A stretch of 58,808 nt of DNA, filler included, from Rhizaria sp. SCN 62-66 (taxonomy: Eukaryota): the NCBI GenBank assembly GCA_001724265.1. It is 2 parts of 2 records of this genome, joined end to end, with 100 filler letters (N's around TTAATTAATTAA, not from the genome) between each part and the next. Parts side by side here need not be neighbours in the genome. Positions count along the whole stretch, not along the records: positions 29,447 to 58,808 come from MEDY01000380.1; 1 more part is not named here. One strand, written 5' to 3'. This document shows, in pieces, positions 42,901 to 55,900 of this stretch. The notes below the pieces were generated by a model. That model saw nothing but the letters and a program-made list of their open reading frames with translations. It ran no database searches and was not told where the DNA came from. The position numbers and the translations under genes are program-made. The number at the start of each line of letters is the position of its first letter. The first letter of the stretch is position 1.

Positions 42901-45900
42901 GGCTAGCGCCGAGGCCGCGTACACGGCCGCCGCGGCCTGGGTCGGCACGCGCGCGGTGATCCAGGTGCTCGAGCACAACGACGCCCACGCGAACAGCATT
43001 AAGATCTGCAACGCTAACTCCGCTGTTGCTGAGAGCGCTGCTGCTGCTGTTGGTGGCAGCAATGCGACGACTCCGATTGGTACCGCTGTCATCGGCGGCA
43101 ACCACGGTTTGCGGGGCAGCGCTGTGCTCAGCACGGGCGATATCCCCGAAGAGCCCTCGACACCCGCGAAGTCTAGCCGCATGAACTCGAGCAGCAACAA
43201 CACGCCGACGAACAACAACACCACCCCGGCCGTGGCTGCCGCTGGCGGCAACACTGCGGAGGTTGGCGAAGGCGTCCTGCTGTCGACATTCATGTCTCAG
43301 CTTCCCGCAACCAGCAGCAGCAGCTTTACCACCACGAGCGCGGGCATCACCGCCCCCGCGGCCACCGGCAGCGCGGGCGGCTTCACCCAGCGCGGCCGCG
43401 CGGCGTCGCTCATGAGCGCTGCGGTCACGCCCAATGGCAACGCCGGCGGCTTCGTCGTCCCGTCGCGCCCGTCGTCGCGGCAGGCTTCAGTCAGCGGCGC
43501 GCTCAGCGGCCCCGCTGCCGCCGCAGCCGCCGCGGCCTCCGTCGCCGCCGCGGCCGCCACAGCCGCGTTTGCGCCGCACCGCCCGTCGTCGCCGTCCTCG
43601 GCCAACGCGGCCGTGACCGCACCGGCCGTGGCCGCCGCCGCCGCGGTCGCCGCGACCTCAGCCTCGGCGGCCGCGCTGTCGACGCTGGCGGCTGACGCCG
43701 CGGCGCGGTCCGCGCTCTCGGTGCTGCACCAGCGCGAGCGCCTCTGCGCCGCCGTGACCGTTGGCGCGCTCTCCGCGACCGACGACTCGCAGTTTCTGTC
43801 GCTGGCGCAGGCCCGGGACAGCGCGGCGATGAAGTGCGGCGGCGTCGGCGGCGTCGCCGGCGCGCGGGCCGTGACGCGTGCGCTCGTGCGGCGCTGGAAG
43901 CGCGCCGTGCGCGGCGCAGTCCGCGACGCAATGCGCGCCGGTACCCGCAATAGTAACAACAGCACCAGCGCTGCTAACACCCAAGCAAGTGCTGCTAAGG
44001 ACGCTCGTCCGAGCAATTCCGCGTCTTATCTCCGCAACCACGGCAACACGGCCAGCAGCAGCAGCAGCTCTACTACTGCTGCCGAGGCTGCTGCTGCCAC
44101 AGCCGCTGCTGCTGCAGCCGCTGCCCCCAGCGCTGCTGCGGAGCACGAGAGCGCCGTGGCCGCGTGGGCGCAGCAGTGGCAGCTGCAGCGCCGCGACTGG
44201 CTCTCCGTCGGTGCTGTGCTGTCCGCCGCGCTTGATAACGCCGTGCCGACTGCCGCCGCTGCGACCGCGGCCGCTGCTAGCGCCGCCGCTCAGGCTGCGG
44301 TCGGCGTGATGGCTTCCACCGCTGCTGCTGCTGCCGCGACCGCGATCAGCGCTGCGTTCGGTCAGAGCAGCAACGTCAGCAGTTTCGCCGGCGGCAGCGC
44401 TAACAGCAACGCGGCCGTCGCGACTGCCGCGGCTGCAGCTGTGGTCGGCAGCCCCGCCGCCGGCGTCGCTGCGCCGATGTCGGTGCCGCGGTCGCGGTCC
44501 GCGAGCCTCGCGCTCGGCAACGCAGCCGCGGGCTCGCTGTTCCCGCTGCCGCCCAACAGCAGCGCTGCCAACGCGAACGCCAGCGTGATGAACCACAGCT
44601 CCGGGATCGTGCCGCCGCCACTGCCGGCGACACCTGGCCCCCACAGCGTCAGTGCGAGCGCGAACGCCAATATGGGCGGCGTAGGCACTGGAGCGGGTGC
44701 CAATGGAGGACTGCTGCCCATCACGCCCAGTCAGGCCGGGCTTGAGTCGGCCACTCTGCTTACTCAGCAGCAGCAACAGCAACAGACGCAGTCGCTCAAC
44801 AGCGCTGGCTTCGCGAGCACCGTGCTGCCCCAGACCGCGTTTACGGCCCTGCTCAGCGACGCTTTCCTGCTGCCATTGCCCCCGTCGACTAGCAGCAGCG
44901 GCCAGTCGCAGGAGCTCGACAGCGCCATGAGCGCGCTCACGCAGTCGTTGCTCCCTCCGTTCGCGAGCGCCGCCGGCGGTAACTCTGTTCAGACTGCGGG
45001 GGCCAAGGGCTCGAGCCTGAGTGCAAGCACCGCGAGCGCTGTCATGGGCGCTCTGTCGCTCGCGACCACCGCGGTCGGCCCGCACTTTGCCTTCGCCCGC
45101 GGCGCTCTCGCGTTTGCGACTGAGGCAACGCCGTACACCAGTCTAAGTACCCCCTTAGACGCTGGCGAGGAGGACCTGTTCGGGAAGGCCAGCGCCGACT
45201 CGGATTGTGACTCGTGCAGCTCTGACAGCGACGACGACGACGTCACCGGGTTCCGCATCAGCACTAGCGACAGCGCGTTCAAGTCGAAGGGCTCTGCGCA
45301 CGGCAGGTTCAAGGGCGCCAGTGCGGTTACCTCCCGCTCCGCTCTCGCAGCCGCGATCACAGGGCTTGCGTCGGCTCTGGCCTCGGCCGCCGGCGCCGTC
45401 GCCGCCGCGAGCAGCATCGCACCGCTGCTGCCTGCGCCCCTGCTGGCGACTAGCAGCGCCACGACCGCCCAGGGCCAGTCTCTGTCCGCTCAGTCGCAGG
45501 GGCAGTCGCAGAATCAGGGCCAACAGCAGGCCCAGTCGCAGCAGCCGCAGCAGCAACAAGGCCGCATGTCTTTTTCGCTCGCCAACAGCGGCAGCAACGC
45601 CGCGACGCCGCTCATCCCCAGCACGCCCATCGCCGCCGGCAGCGCCAACGCGAGCGCCGCCTCCGCAAACAACAGCACGAACAGAGGAAGCCTGAGCGCG
45701 AGTGCGAGCGCGGGCAACTCCGCCGGCGCGGGCTCCAGCAGCGGCGGCGAGCCGCCCGTGGCGACTGCTGCGAGTACGCCGCTCGCGTCCCCAACTGGCA
45801 ACAACCCCGCCAGCGCGCCGCAGGGCGCGAGCGCGGGCGGCAACGTGACGGGCGTGCTGCGGCCGCGCCCGTCGGTATACGGCCACATCAACACCAACAA

Positions 45901-48900
45901 CACCAACGCGGCCAACGCGGGCAACGCGAGCAGCAATGCGAGCCACCCCACGGTCGCCGTCGCAGCTGCCTCGGCTTCTGCTGCCGCTGCGGGCGCGAGT
46001 CCTGCCGACTCGTTCCACCTGCACAACAACCTCAGCGGCCAATCCACCTCCAACGCTAGCGGCGCGAGCAGCGGCTCTACGCCCGCGACGCCCAACTCGG
46101 CGCTGCCGCTTCCGACGCACATCTGGGGCGCGAACCACCCCCACAGCGGTGCTCTCGCTGCTGGCTCTGGCGTCGTCGTCAGCGACGCCGCGGTGCTGCG
46201 GCCCGTGCAGCAGTCCACGCTGGCGCTGCTGGCGTCGCTCGCGCCAGTCCCGTGCGCGCAGTCGCCCGGCGGCGGCTCGCACTCGCTGGACACGGCCGCG
46301 GTTGCGCTGCTGCCAAGCGTCGTGAGCGCACTCATCACCGCGTTTACGACCGCGCCTGCGAGTACCAACGCCCACGCTAGCGCTGGCGGGAACGGCGGCC
46401 AGGGCAACCGCCGTCTGCGTCCGACGCCATCCACGTCTTCTGCGTCACACACAGGCATCAACAACAACGTCATCGTGCCCCCGCTTGTGGCCGCCCTGAT
46501 TACCGCTTTGACTCACGCTAAGAATAGTGCCAACGCTGGCAATAATAAGTCTACCAAGTACAACAGGAACACAAATCACTACCACAAGAGCCGCTCGAGC
46601 AAGACTTCTCATCCACGTGGCGGCCTGACTTCGGCGCAGCAGTGCGACCTGACTTCCTACGCGCTGATCTCGCAGTTCGCCGCTGAGGCCTGTCGCGAGT
46701 CGTTCGCTGTCGCCAGCGTGGCCTCCGCGGCCGCGGTCGCACGCGCACACGCGGCCAGCGCAGCTATGGGCGCCGCGGCGCCGCCCGTGGTCGTGTGCGT
46801 GCCTGTTCCGGTGCCCAACCACGGCAACGCGAGCACAAACACCGACGCCGCCGACGCGGCGAGCAGCAGCAGCGCCAACGCCAGCGCGAGTGCGCCTGCG
46901 AACCCCACTGCGCCCTTCGCCGCTGCGGCGAGCACGGCCGCGAACACCGCAGCCGGCGGCGCCATCAGCGGGCTGCAGCTCCAGGCCAGCGTCGGCGTCG
47001 GCGCGTGGGTGCCGCTGGGCGGCTTCGGCTACCCGTACCACCACAGCAACACCAACACCAGCGGCGACGCGTTCAGCTCGACCGCGCACACCTCGGCGTC
47101 GCCCTCGGCCTGGGGCACCCCGTACGTTGCCCCCGCCGGCGCGTACCTCGGCGGCGGCGGCGGCGGGCGCGGGGTGTTCCCCTACGCGCTGCCGCCCGGG
47201 CCGGCGCTCGCGACGTACAACCCCAACCAGCAGCTGCAGCAGCAGCAGCACGGCGCAGCGGCGAACACCGTAGTCACAACGACTGCCGGAAGCAACTACA
47301 ACCAGCAGCAGCAGCAGTTCAACAACAACGTGCAGTGCTACTCGCTCCACTCCGCGGGCTCCGACTACCCGCCGTACCTGATGCTGGGCACGCCCGCGGT
47401 CGGCACGCCCGCGCTGGGCCTGCCCGCCTTCGCGCCCCACGGCCATCTCAGCTTCGGCGTCGGCGCGCAGTCGCACTTTGCTAGCGCGGCGGCCGCGGCG
47501 GCGGCGGCGGCCAGCGGTCAGGCGACGCCGGCGCCCAGCGTCAACGGCTTTATCGCCGGCCAGAACGGCTTCTACGCGCCCGTGTTCCCGATCAACATCG
47601 CGACTCCCGCCGCGTACGCCACTCCGCTCTTCACCGGCGTCACTGTGGCTCACAATAACGCCGTTCATGCGAGTGGCTCGAGCGCGAACAGCCGCATGTG
47701 GATGCCGATGCCGTTCCACAGCGCCGTGTTGGCGAGCGGCAGCTCCACGGCGAGCTCCACGGCGTCGTTCGCGGCGACGCACGGCCCCGGGCTGCCCGGC
47801 CAGCCATACCACCCCAGAGTGGGACCGCTGGCCGAATCGGACGCCGAGGCCGCGCTGCACTTCACGGCGCTGCCGGGGCTCAGCGCGCTGCCGCAGCCGC
47901 AGGTGCCGGCCATCAACGTCAGCGGCGCACTCGCGGGCGGGCACAACCCGTTCTATTACTACTACTACCACCATCAGCAGTTCTTGCAACAGCAGCAACA
48001 GCAGCAGCTGCTTCACTACCAGCAGGCCCTGCAGCAGCAGCACCAGCCGCCGCTGGGCGCGGGCGGCGTTGCCGGCGACGGCACGAGTACGCCGCGCATC
48101 CCCACCGCGCTGAGCGCCGGCGCCGTGTCGGGCGTACTGGCTCCCGCGGCGCGCGGCGCGCCTGGCCACCACCTCGGCGGGGCCTACACACGCGCGCGCG
48201 GGCTGTCTGAGATCTCCACTGCGAGCAGCACCAGCGGCTACGGTGGCGTCGGCGGCGGCAACCCAGTCACCTCCCACAGCACGGGTGCCGTCGGGGGCGC
48301 GGGCGGCGCGGCGCCGCAGACGCCCGGCGGCGTGAATCTACACCCGAACGTGCAGGCGAGCTCCAGCACGGGCGCGATCCGGCGCAGCATCCTCACGGCC
48401 TCGGCCTCCAAGGGCGGGCTCGTGGGCGGGCTGCACGCCAGCTCGGCCACCAACAGCAGCGCCAGCGGCAGCGGCGCCAGCGGCGCCAGCGGCAGCGGCG
48501 GCAGTGGCGGCAACAGCGGGAGCAGCGGGGCGCTGAGCGTGATGCACACGCCGCAGTCGCAGCGCACGCGCTCGCTGTCGACCTTCACGCCCCACACCAG
48601 CCAACACGCGGGGGCCGCGCTCGCGGGCGCCGCGCCCGCCGGCACCGGCAGCGCCGTCTTCGACTCGGCCCACGGCGCTGGCGTCGCTGGAAACAGCGCG
48701 AGCGGCCACGGCGCGGGCGCTGGGGGACACACGGGCCGCAAGAGTCTGTTCGTGTCTTCGTCTTCGTTCCGCAACGGCAGTAATAGCGCGAACGCGGCGA
48801 ACAACGCTGCCGACTCCGCCACCGCCACTGCTATCGCGAGCGGAGTCAGCCCTCTTCTGACCGGCGCTCCCACCCTCACTGTGGCGGCCGGCCCCGGCAC

Positions 48901-49909
48901 TGGCGCCAGTGGCTCGACAGCAACAGCGGCGGCGACGCCGCGGTCTCCCGGGTTGGCGGGCCGCAAGTCGATCATGGTCCTGTCGCCTGCGCGCCCGCTT
49001 GGCCGGCCCTCGCTGTCCGGCGCCGCGAACAACGCCAGCGGTGGCGGCGGCGCGGCGGGCAAGGAGACGCCGACCAGAGGCAGCGTGAACGCGGGCGGCG
49101 TCAGAAGCCCGCGCACCTCCGGCGTCGGTATCAACAGCACGGCGAACGCGCACCCTAACGCCAACGCCAACGCTGCAGCCAGCCCTGGCGCTGGCGGCGG
49201 CCCTGGCACTGTGGTGCCCGTCCCCATCTCACCCCTTAACATGGCCAGCGCTGCGAACGGCGCCCCCGCGGCGAGCAACGCTAACGTGGGCGACTCTCCG
49301 TTTAGTGCGATGCCGGTGGCGTCCGCCCCGCCAGTCGCGCTGATGCTGGCCTCGGGCAGCGGCACCTCACCCGCGCTCGCCGCGCTCCCGCCGCCGGTGC
49401 ACTCGCGCCCGCCCTCGCTGCCGCCCTCCGCCGGCAGCACATCCGGCGCTGTCGCCGCCGGCAGCGCTGCGGGCCCGTCTGCTCCTGCGGACGGCGGCGC
49501 GAGCGGCGGCCCCCGGGGCAGCGGCGGGTTCATCACCGCGAACCTGAAGGACGATGACTCCAGCAGCGAGGACAACGACGAGTACGACGACGACGAAGAG
49601 CGGCACCATGGCAACGGCAGCAACGCCAACGGCAACAACAACGCTGACAGCGGCAACGCCGACGGCTCTGACGGGGTCGAGCGTGTGCCGGCTGTGCTGT
49701 TCCCGAACCGCCATGGCGAGGACCACGGCGACAGCGACGACGACGCCGTGGCAGTCGCGCACAGTGCCGGCCTCGGCCAGGGTCAGCAGCAACAGCAGCA
49801 GCCGGTGTTCAGTTTCGGCAACGGCGCTGCCGGTGGCGCGGGCCCCGGATCGAGCTGGGGCTCGCCGAGGGCGCAGCATGGAACGCAACTGCCGACCTTG
49901 CCGGAGTAA
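30943..49909 (+). CDS. Giant (~6220 aa) Ala/Ser/Asn-rich low-complexity protein with an N-proximal coiled coil. Exons 30943-32835, 33010-33231, 33362-49909
   Basis: Phase-0 introns GTAGGT(32836)..CCAG(33009) and GTACGT(33232)..TCAG(33361) join three ORFs in frame across a continuous coiled coil (LAYQ|GERER...RQRE|DVVADY). The last exon is a 16.5-kb uninterrupted ORF ending in TAA. Confidence 0.85.
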
Positions 49910-50585
49910 GCACTTAGTTGTGTTCTATCACGCGAATCAGGCTAACCAACGACCGTGACACTTTGTGGAGCTAATTGTCGAACACAAAATGTACTTCTTA
50001 AGAAAAATATGCCGCAATTATGACATGATTGATTCTGAATAAGTAGTTAATTTTATGTATTTTTCCTTCATAATGTTTGATTTTCGCTCAAACCTGTTAT
50101 AATACATCACCTTTGTTCATATTGTTTACTGTTGCAAACACATGTATTTTCGCGGTGCCGTCAAAATAACAGATGATGCAGAAGATATATCTCAAGTCTT
50201 CTTTATTTAAGCACACCAGACACATCATGTTGCTATATCACATATACTCACAGCGATTAACCATGTGTAATATTATCTTTTTAGTGATTCGCATCGGATC
50301 TGGCTCAACGGCTGCAAGAGCCGAACGGGGCGCAGACATTGGCATCTATAAAATGTCATTCATCATACGCCGCAGTTTCCGTCTAATAGGATTTGGGTCA
50401 TTGCCTCAATGACAAATACTTAATAACCACATCCACTGATAATTGTATTTTAAACGATGCTTTCCTTGGTGCACTGTATGCCCCCGCACTTCCACTCTCT
50501 TCACTCACAACAATTTACTTTGCACATCTCGACCACCTCATTCTTAATTGGTCCCTCTCTGTATTGTGTCCCAAGACAGGCCCCG

Positions 50586-52425
50586 ATGGATCCCATTGAG
50601 GTTTTGATTGCCGACATTGGCGCTAACGCCAACTGTGTCAAGTAAGTCTCGCCTCGCTCATCGCACTATTCTCTACCGAATAGCTCAGCGCACACTCTCG
50701 TCACACGTCTCCCTCTACAATGCTAAACCTCGGCATTGCAAGCATATTTCACTAACGTAGCTCTTATCTATTATCTTTCTACTCTTCAATCTATCCAGGT
50801 GGGCGCGTATCGACCGCTCCAAGACCTTCGACAGCTTCGAGCGCCTGGTCGCCATCGGTACCGCCGGCGAAGGCACCCGCAACCGCGTCGAGTTCCGCTC
50901 GATCCAGACCGACTACAGCTCTGCCACCGCCGCGGGCGCCGGCGCCGTCTCCGAGCCCGTGAGCGGCGTTCTTGCCTCCGTCGCGCTGCCCTCGTTCGCC
51001 AAGGCGGGCGCGGACGTCACCGCGCTGCACTGGCTCTCCCCGACCGCGCTGCTGGCCGCCACGGGCGCCGGCGACGTGCACCTGCTCACCGTCGCCGTCA
51101 CCAGCAGCTCTTCCGACAGCTCCAACAATAGCAGCAGCAACGGTTACGACGGCGACGACGGCGCCGGTGACGAGTTCGGCAGCTCCACCCCGTCCCTCGC
51201 CGTCGAAGTAACTGTGAGCCGGACCTACGCCCGCGTGCACGGTGGCGCGGGGATCACGGCCCTGCACGCCAACGCGGCCGGCGACGTCGTCGTCACTGCC
51301 GCCGAGGACGGTACGCTCGCGCTCATCCTGCTTTCCGCCACTGCCGCCAACAACAACAACAACAGCAGCAGCAGTAGTGCGAGTGCGAGCTCCAGCGTGA
51401 GCATGGGCTTGGCGGGTTACGACGGTGTGCTCGCCATTTTTGGCCACACCACGGTCGCCCCCGTCCCCACTATTAACAACAATTACGCGCACGCGAACGC
51501 GACCGTCACCGACGACCGCACCGGCCGCGTCATCGTGACCACGCAGGCCCCAGCGCTCGCATCGGTGCTGGGCACCGGGCTCCCTGCCGCGTTTGTTCAC
51601 TTCGTCACCGCCACTACGGTCGCCACGGGCGGCGCGGCGGGCGACACGCTGCTCTGGAATCTCGCCCCGCTGCTTAAGGCCCACTTCAGCGGGTTCGCGG
51701 GACCCGCAGTCGTGCTTAGCGCGCCCACCGACGGGAGCGTGGCCGCCGAGTCTAACTTCGCGGCGGCGACCGGACATGTGGCCACGGGAGTCACGCACAC
51801 GGTGCCGCACCCGACGCGGCCTAACTTCTACCTCAGCTGCGGCGCGCCGGGGCTTTGGATCCACAACTCGCAGTCACCGTCGCGCGCACCGCTCTGCCTC
51901 CTCCCCGCCTCGGGCTCCAACGGTTCCGCCGCCACTGGCATGGGGGCCTCCGCCGCTGCGGCGGTTGCGCCGGCGGCGGTGGACGCGGCGTGGGTGCCCT
52001 GGGCACCGCACGTGGTGCTGTATACCACCGCGGACGGCAGTCTCGGCGCATACCTGCTTAAGCTCTCCACCAACAGCAACAGCAACAACAGCGGTTCGAA
52101 CCCAGTCAACGCCAGCGACGACGGCGGCAACGGCGGCGCGGCGATTACGGGCGCCGAGTTCATGGGCTTCCTCGTCACGGGCACCCAGGCCGCCGCGCTC
52201 CAGAGCCAGGCCGCCGCCGCCAGCGGTATGCTGTCGAATAATCAGAATACGGGCGCTGTGAACAATGAGTATTTGGCCGAGGCGCTGTCGACTGTGAGCG
52301 TCGGCGGGCTGCCGCTGGGCCGGCTTGACTTTGATTCTGCGACGCGGCACGTCGTGGTGGGCGGGGAGACTGGACGCGTGGTGCACTTCAAGTTCTCCGC
52401 GCTGTCCATCCCGGCTCCGTATTGA
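50586..52425 (+). CDS. NUP43: WD40 nucleoporin Nup43-like protein (~560 aa), exons 50586-50641 and 50799-52425
   Basis: The intron GTAAGT(50642)..CCAG(50798) gives ...NANCVKWAR. Successive blades LVAIGT, DVTALHWLSPTALLAATGAGDVHL, DVVVTAAEDGTLALI, VHFVTATTVATGG..LLWNL, HPTRPNFYLSCG, WVPWAPHVVLYTTADGSL and LDFD..VVVGGETGRV follow the order of Nup43 motifs as I recall them (e.g. EIVTVGEDG, HPNQQH, HPSNPEHLFTCSEDGSL). Confidence 0.7.
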
Positions 52426-52953
52426 GTTAGTTAAAAGCGTCCCGTTGCAGCGATAGTATGAGGTGTTTGTAGACATATACAGTCTTCAAGCGATCTCAAA
52501 GGATGGCATCATGTGGCCAGAGTATATTTAGATGGTATAGTTTAAATGCAAAAATAAAAATCTTCATTAAGGCAATTTGTGCGCTAATCTTGATGGGAAC
52601 GCGAGAGTTTGTGTTGGTGACTGTGGTTGTCAAATTTTTAGGAACCGCCAAATTGTCGATTACCAGCTGCGCCCCTGATGAAGCGATCAAAACACGTCCT
52701 GTTCAGTACCGTGTTCTTGATGATTTTGTCTTTAATTCAAACATGTTTCACATCGCCCCTTTGAGATATATTTGACATTCTTAGATTTTCTATTCAACGA
52801 ACGTGCATTCTTTATCTCACGCTCTCCGTTCGCTGGCCAATCTGACCCCACAGTTCTTCCTCTCGCGCCCCGCGCTCTCCGCGTTTCCGCGCCGGCCCGC
52901 CTTTTCCTCTCGCACCACTCACTTTTGCGCGCACGCACCTCTTGGGCTTGCAC

Positions 52954-55900
52954 ATGCGCCCCTTCGCCTTTGGCGCCCCCGCCGCCCCCGCCTACGGCGC
53001 TCCGGCCTTTGGCGCCCCCGCTGCGCCGCCCGCCACCAACTACGGCTTCGGCGCCGCCAAGCCCCCCGCCGCGGGCGCCACGTCCTTTGCCTTCGGTGCT
53101 ACCGCCAAGCCCGCCGGGTTCGGCGCGGCTCCAGGCTTTGGCGCGGCCGCCGCGCCTGCCGCGGCGCCCACCTACGGCTTCGGTGCCGCGGGCCAGTCCT
53201 TTAACAAGCCCGCCGCCGCGCCCTCCGGCTACGGCTTCGGCGTCGGGGCGCAGCCCCAGGCACCCGCGCCCGGGGGCTTCGGCTTCGGCGCGCAGCAGCC
53301 CGCGGCGGCGGCCGGCCCCGCGCCCGGTGCGGTGCCCAACATCGGCGCCGCCTACCCGCAGCTCGCCAACGCGGGCGCCACGCTTTCCCGCGCGCCGGAT
53401 CCCGTGCGACAGAATAAGACAGCGCAGAACGGCACCGTGCAGCAGAACCACCTCTACGCGCTCACGGCTGATCCGGCGCTCGCCGGGTACTGCAACGATG
53501 AGCTCCACTTTGCAGACTGGATGGCGCTCACGCAGGCCGGGCTTCCCACCGGCACGCCCGCTGCCGCCGTCGCCGCCGTCGCGCCAGCCCCACCTGCCGC
53601 TGCGCCCAGCTTCGGCTTCGGCGCCGCGGGGGCCGCCCCTGCTGCCGCAGCCCCCACCGGTTTCGGCTTCGGCGCCGCCGGTGCCCCGCCCGCCGCGGCG
53701 CCTAGCTTCGGCTTCGGCGCTCCCGCCGCGGCCCCAGGCACAGGCTTCTCTCTCGCCGGCAAGCCCCCCGCCCCGGGCGGCTTCTCCTTCGGCACCGCGG
53801 GGACCGCGCCCGGGGCCGCCGCGGGTGGATTCCGCCTTGGTGCGGGCGCGGGCGTGCAAGTCGCGCCCGTCGCCGGCGCGCCCGCCGCGGGCGGCTTCTC
53901 CTTCGGCACCAAGCCCGCTGCCGCGCCCGCCGCGCCTTTCGGCTTTGCGCCCGCCGCCGCGCCCGCCGCCGCACCCGGTGGGTTTTCCTTCGGCGTGAAG
54001 CCCGCGGCCCCCGCCGCGGGCGGCTTCTCTTTCGGCGGCGCCGCGGCCGCGCCCGCCGCCGCCGCCGGAGGTTTTAGCTTCGGCACAAAACCCGCCGCTC
54101 CCGCCGCCGGCGGCTTCTCGTTCGGCGGTGCCCCTGCCGCAGCCCCCGCGGCCGGCGGGTTTTCCTTCGGCGGCGCGGCCGCCGCGCCTGCCGCCGCCCC
54201 CGCTGCTGCGGCGGCGCCCGTGTATGTCCAGCCTGCGCCTGCACAGCCGACCATCACACTGCCCATGGGGCCCTACACCGACGCGCGCGGTCAGGTACGC
54301 TGCCTTTGCGCTATATATAACAATGATAACGACATTATGCCATATTGTAACTGGTATTTATTGCAATCAAATTTGTGAATCATTCTGGATTTTCCTTTTT
54401 ACTTTGATCCGAGTTAATCTTAACCCAATCAATCATATTCGCACTTCTCACTCCCTTGTTTCTGTCATCCATCCTGTTCCAGGTCCTCGCGACTGACGGC
54501 AACGGCACTTTGCTGCTGCAGTCTGCCGACGCATTCGGCATCGACCTGCTCAAGTCCGCTCTCGGCATGCCTACCGGCGCGCCCGCCTTGGCCGCCGCGG
54601 CCCCCGCTGCCGCCGCGCCCGCCGCGGGCGGCTTCTCCTTCTCTGCCGCGCCCGCCGCGCCCGCCGCGGCACCCGCCGCCCCGGCCGCGGCACCGGTCGT
54701 CGCGCCCGCACTTCACGCCATCGCACTGCACGAGAGCCAGGTCATCTTCCCCGGCGCCGCAGACGCGCGCGCGGCCGTGCTGAGCGCGATCCCGACCCTT
54801 CCGGCCACTGGCATGGGCGTCGACAGGACTCCCGCCATCGTGCGCGCCAGCGCTCGGTATGTCGTCTTTCTCGACTAAAAGATTCATGTGAGAATATCAA
54901 CGTATAACAATGTCAAGTATCATGTTCTCTTTTTGTTTGATTTCTATTTAATGTCGCTCACATATCATTCGTGTTATTGATTCTAACTGTTTCGCTCTCT
55001 TTCTCACCCAGTGCGTTTGCACTCGGCCGCCCAACCCACAACGCCCACGTCGGCGGCGCCTTCAGCGACATCTCCGGTATGTCCTCAGCTGCCGGCCGCG
55101 GCCCCGGCAGCGCCACCCGCGGCGGCGCCGGCGGCACTGCCGGCTTCGCCAGCTTCGGCTCTCCTTCTCATGCCACGGGTACCCCCGGCCGCAGTCAGTC
55201 CGCCGCCTCTGCGTCGTCCTCGTCCTCGTCGTCGGCCGCAGCGGCGCTGGATGTGCTGACGATGGCGTCGCGCCGCGACAGCAGCCGGCTCGCGCACACG
55301 CCGTTCCCGGTCCAGGTCGCGCTCGATGCGCCCGCCGCGCGCTGGGGCGACGACCTTCGCACCGGCTACAGTGACCTCTACAGCAACAACAACAACAGCG
55401 CCAGCGGGAGCGCGGGCAACGCTAACAGCGAGCCCGTCGCACAGCTGCACCACCAGCCCGCCGGGCTGTCCGCCGCGGCTCTGACCCGGGCCGGCACGGC
55501 GGCCGGCGCCGGCAGCGACCTCAGTGCACGCGCCAACGACCTCCTCGCCTCGCCCTTCGGCTCCAGCGCGTTCAGCAGCAACGCTAGTGGGAGCGCCGTC
55601 ACCTCGCCCAGCGCGACAGGCGCCAGCGCCAGCGCCAGCGCCAGCGCGGCGGCCGCGGCGGCAGCGGCGCGCATGCGGCTCATGGCGGCCGCCGGCGGCG
55701 CCGGGAGCAACAGCAACAGCAACAACACCGTGGCGGACTTCGGTGAGGAGGAGGAAGAGGAGGAGGACGACGGCAGCTACGGCCGCGGGTCTGGCGCCTC
55801 CGCCGCCGCTTCTGGCACTAGTGCCAGCACGGGCGCGTTTAATAGCAAGGAGGCCTTCTTAGGCGCGATTGGCCTTACCACTGCGACCGACGCCGTGATG

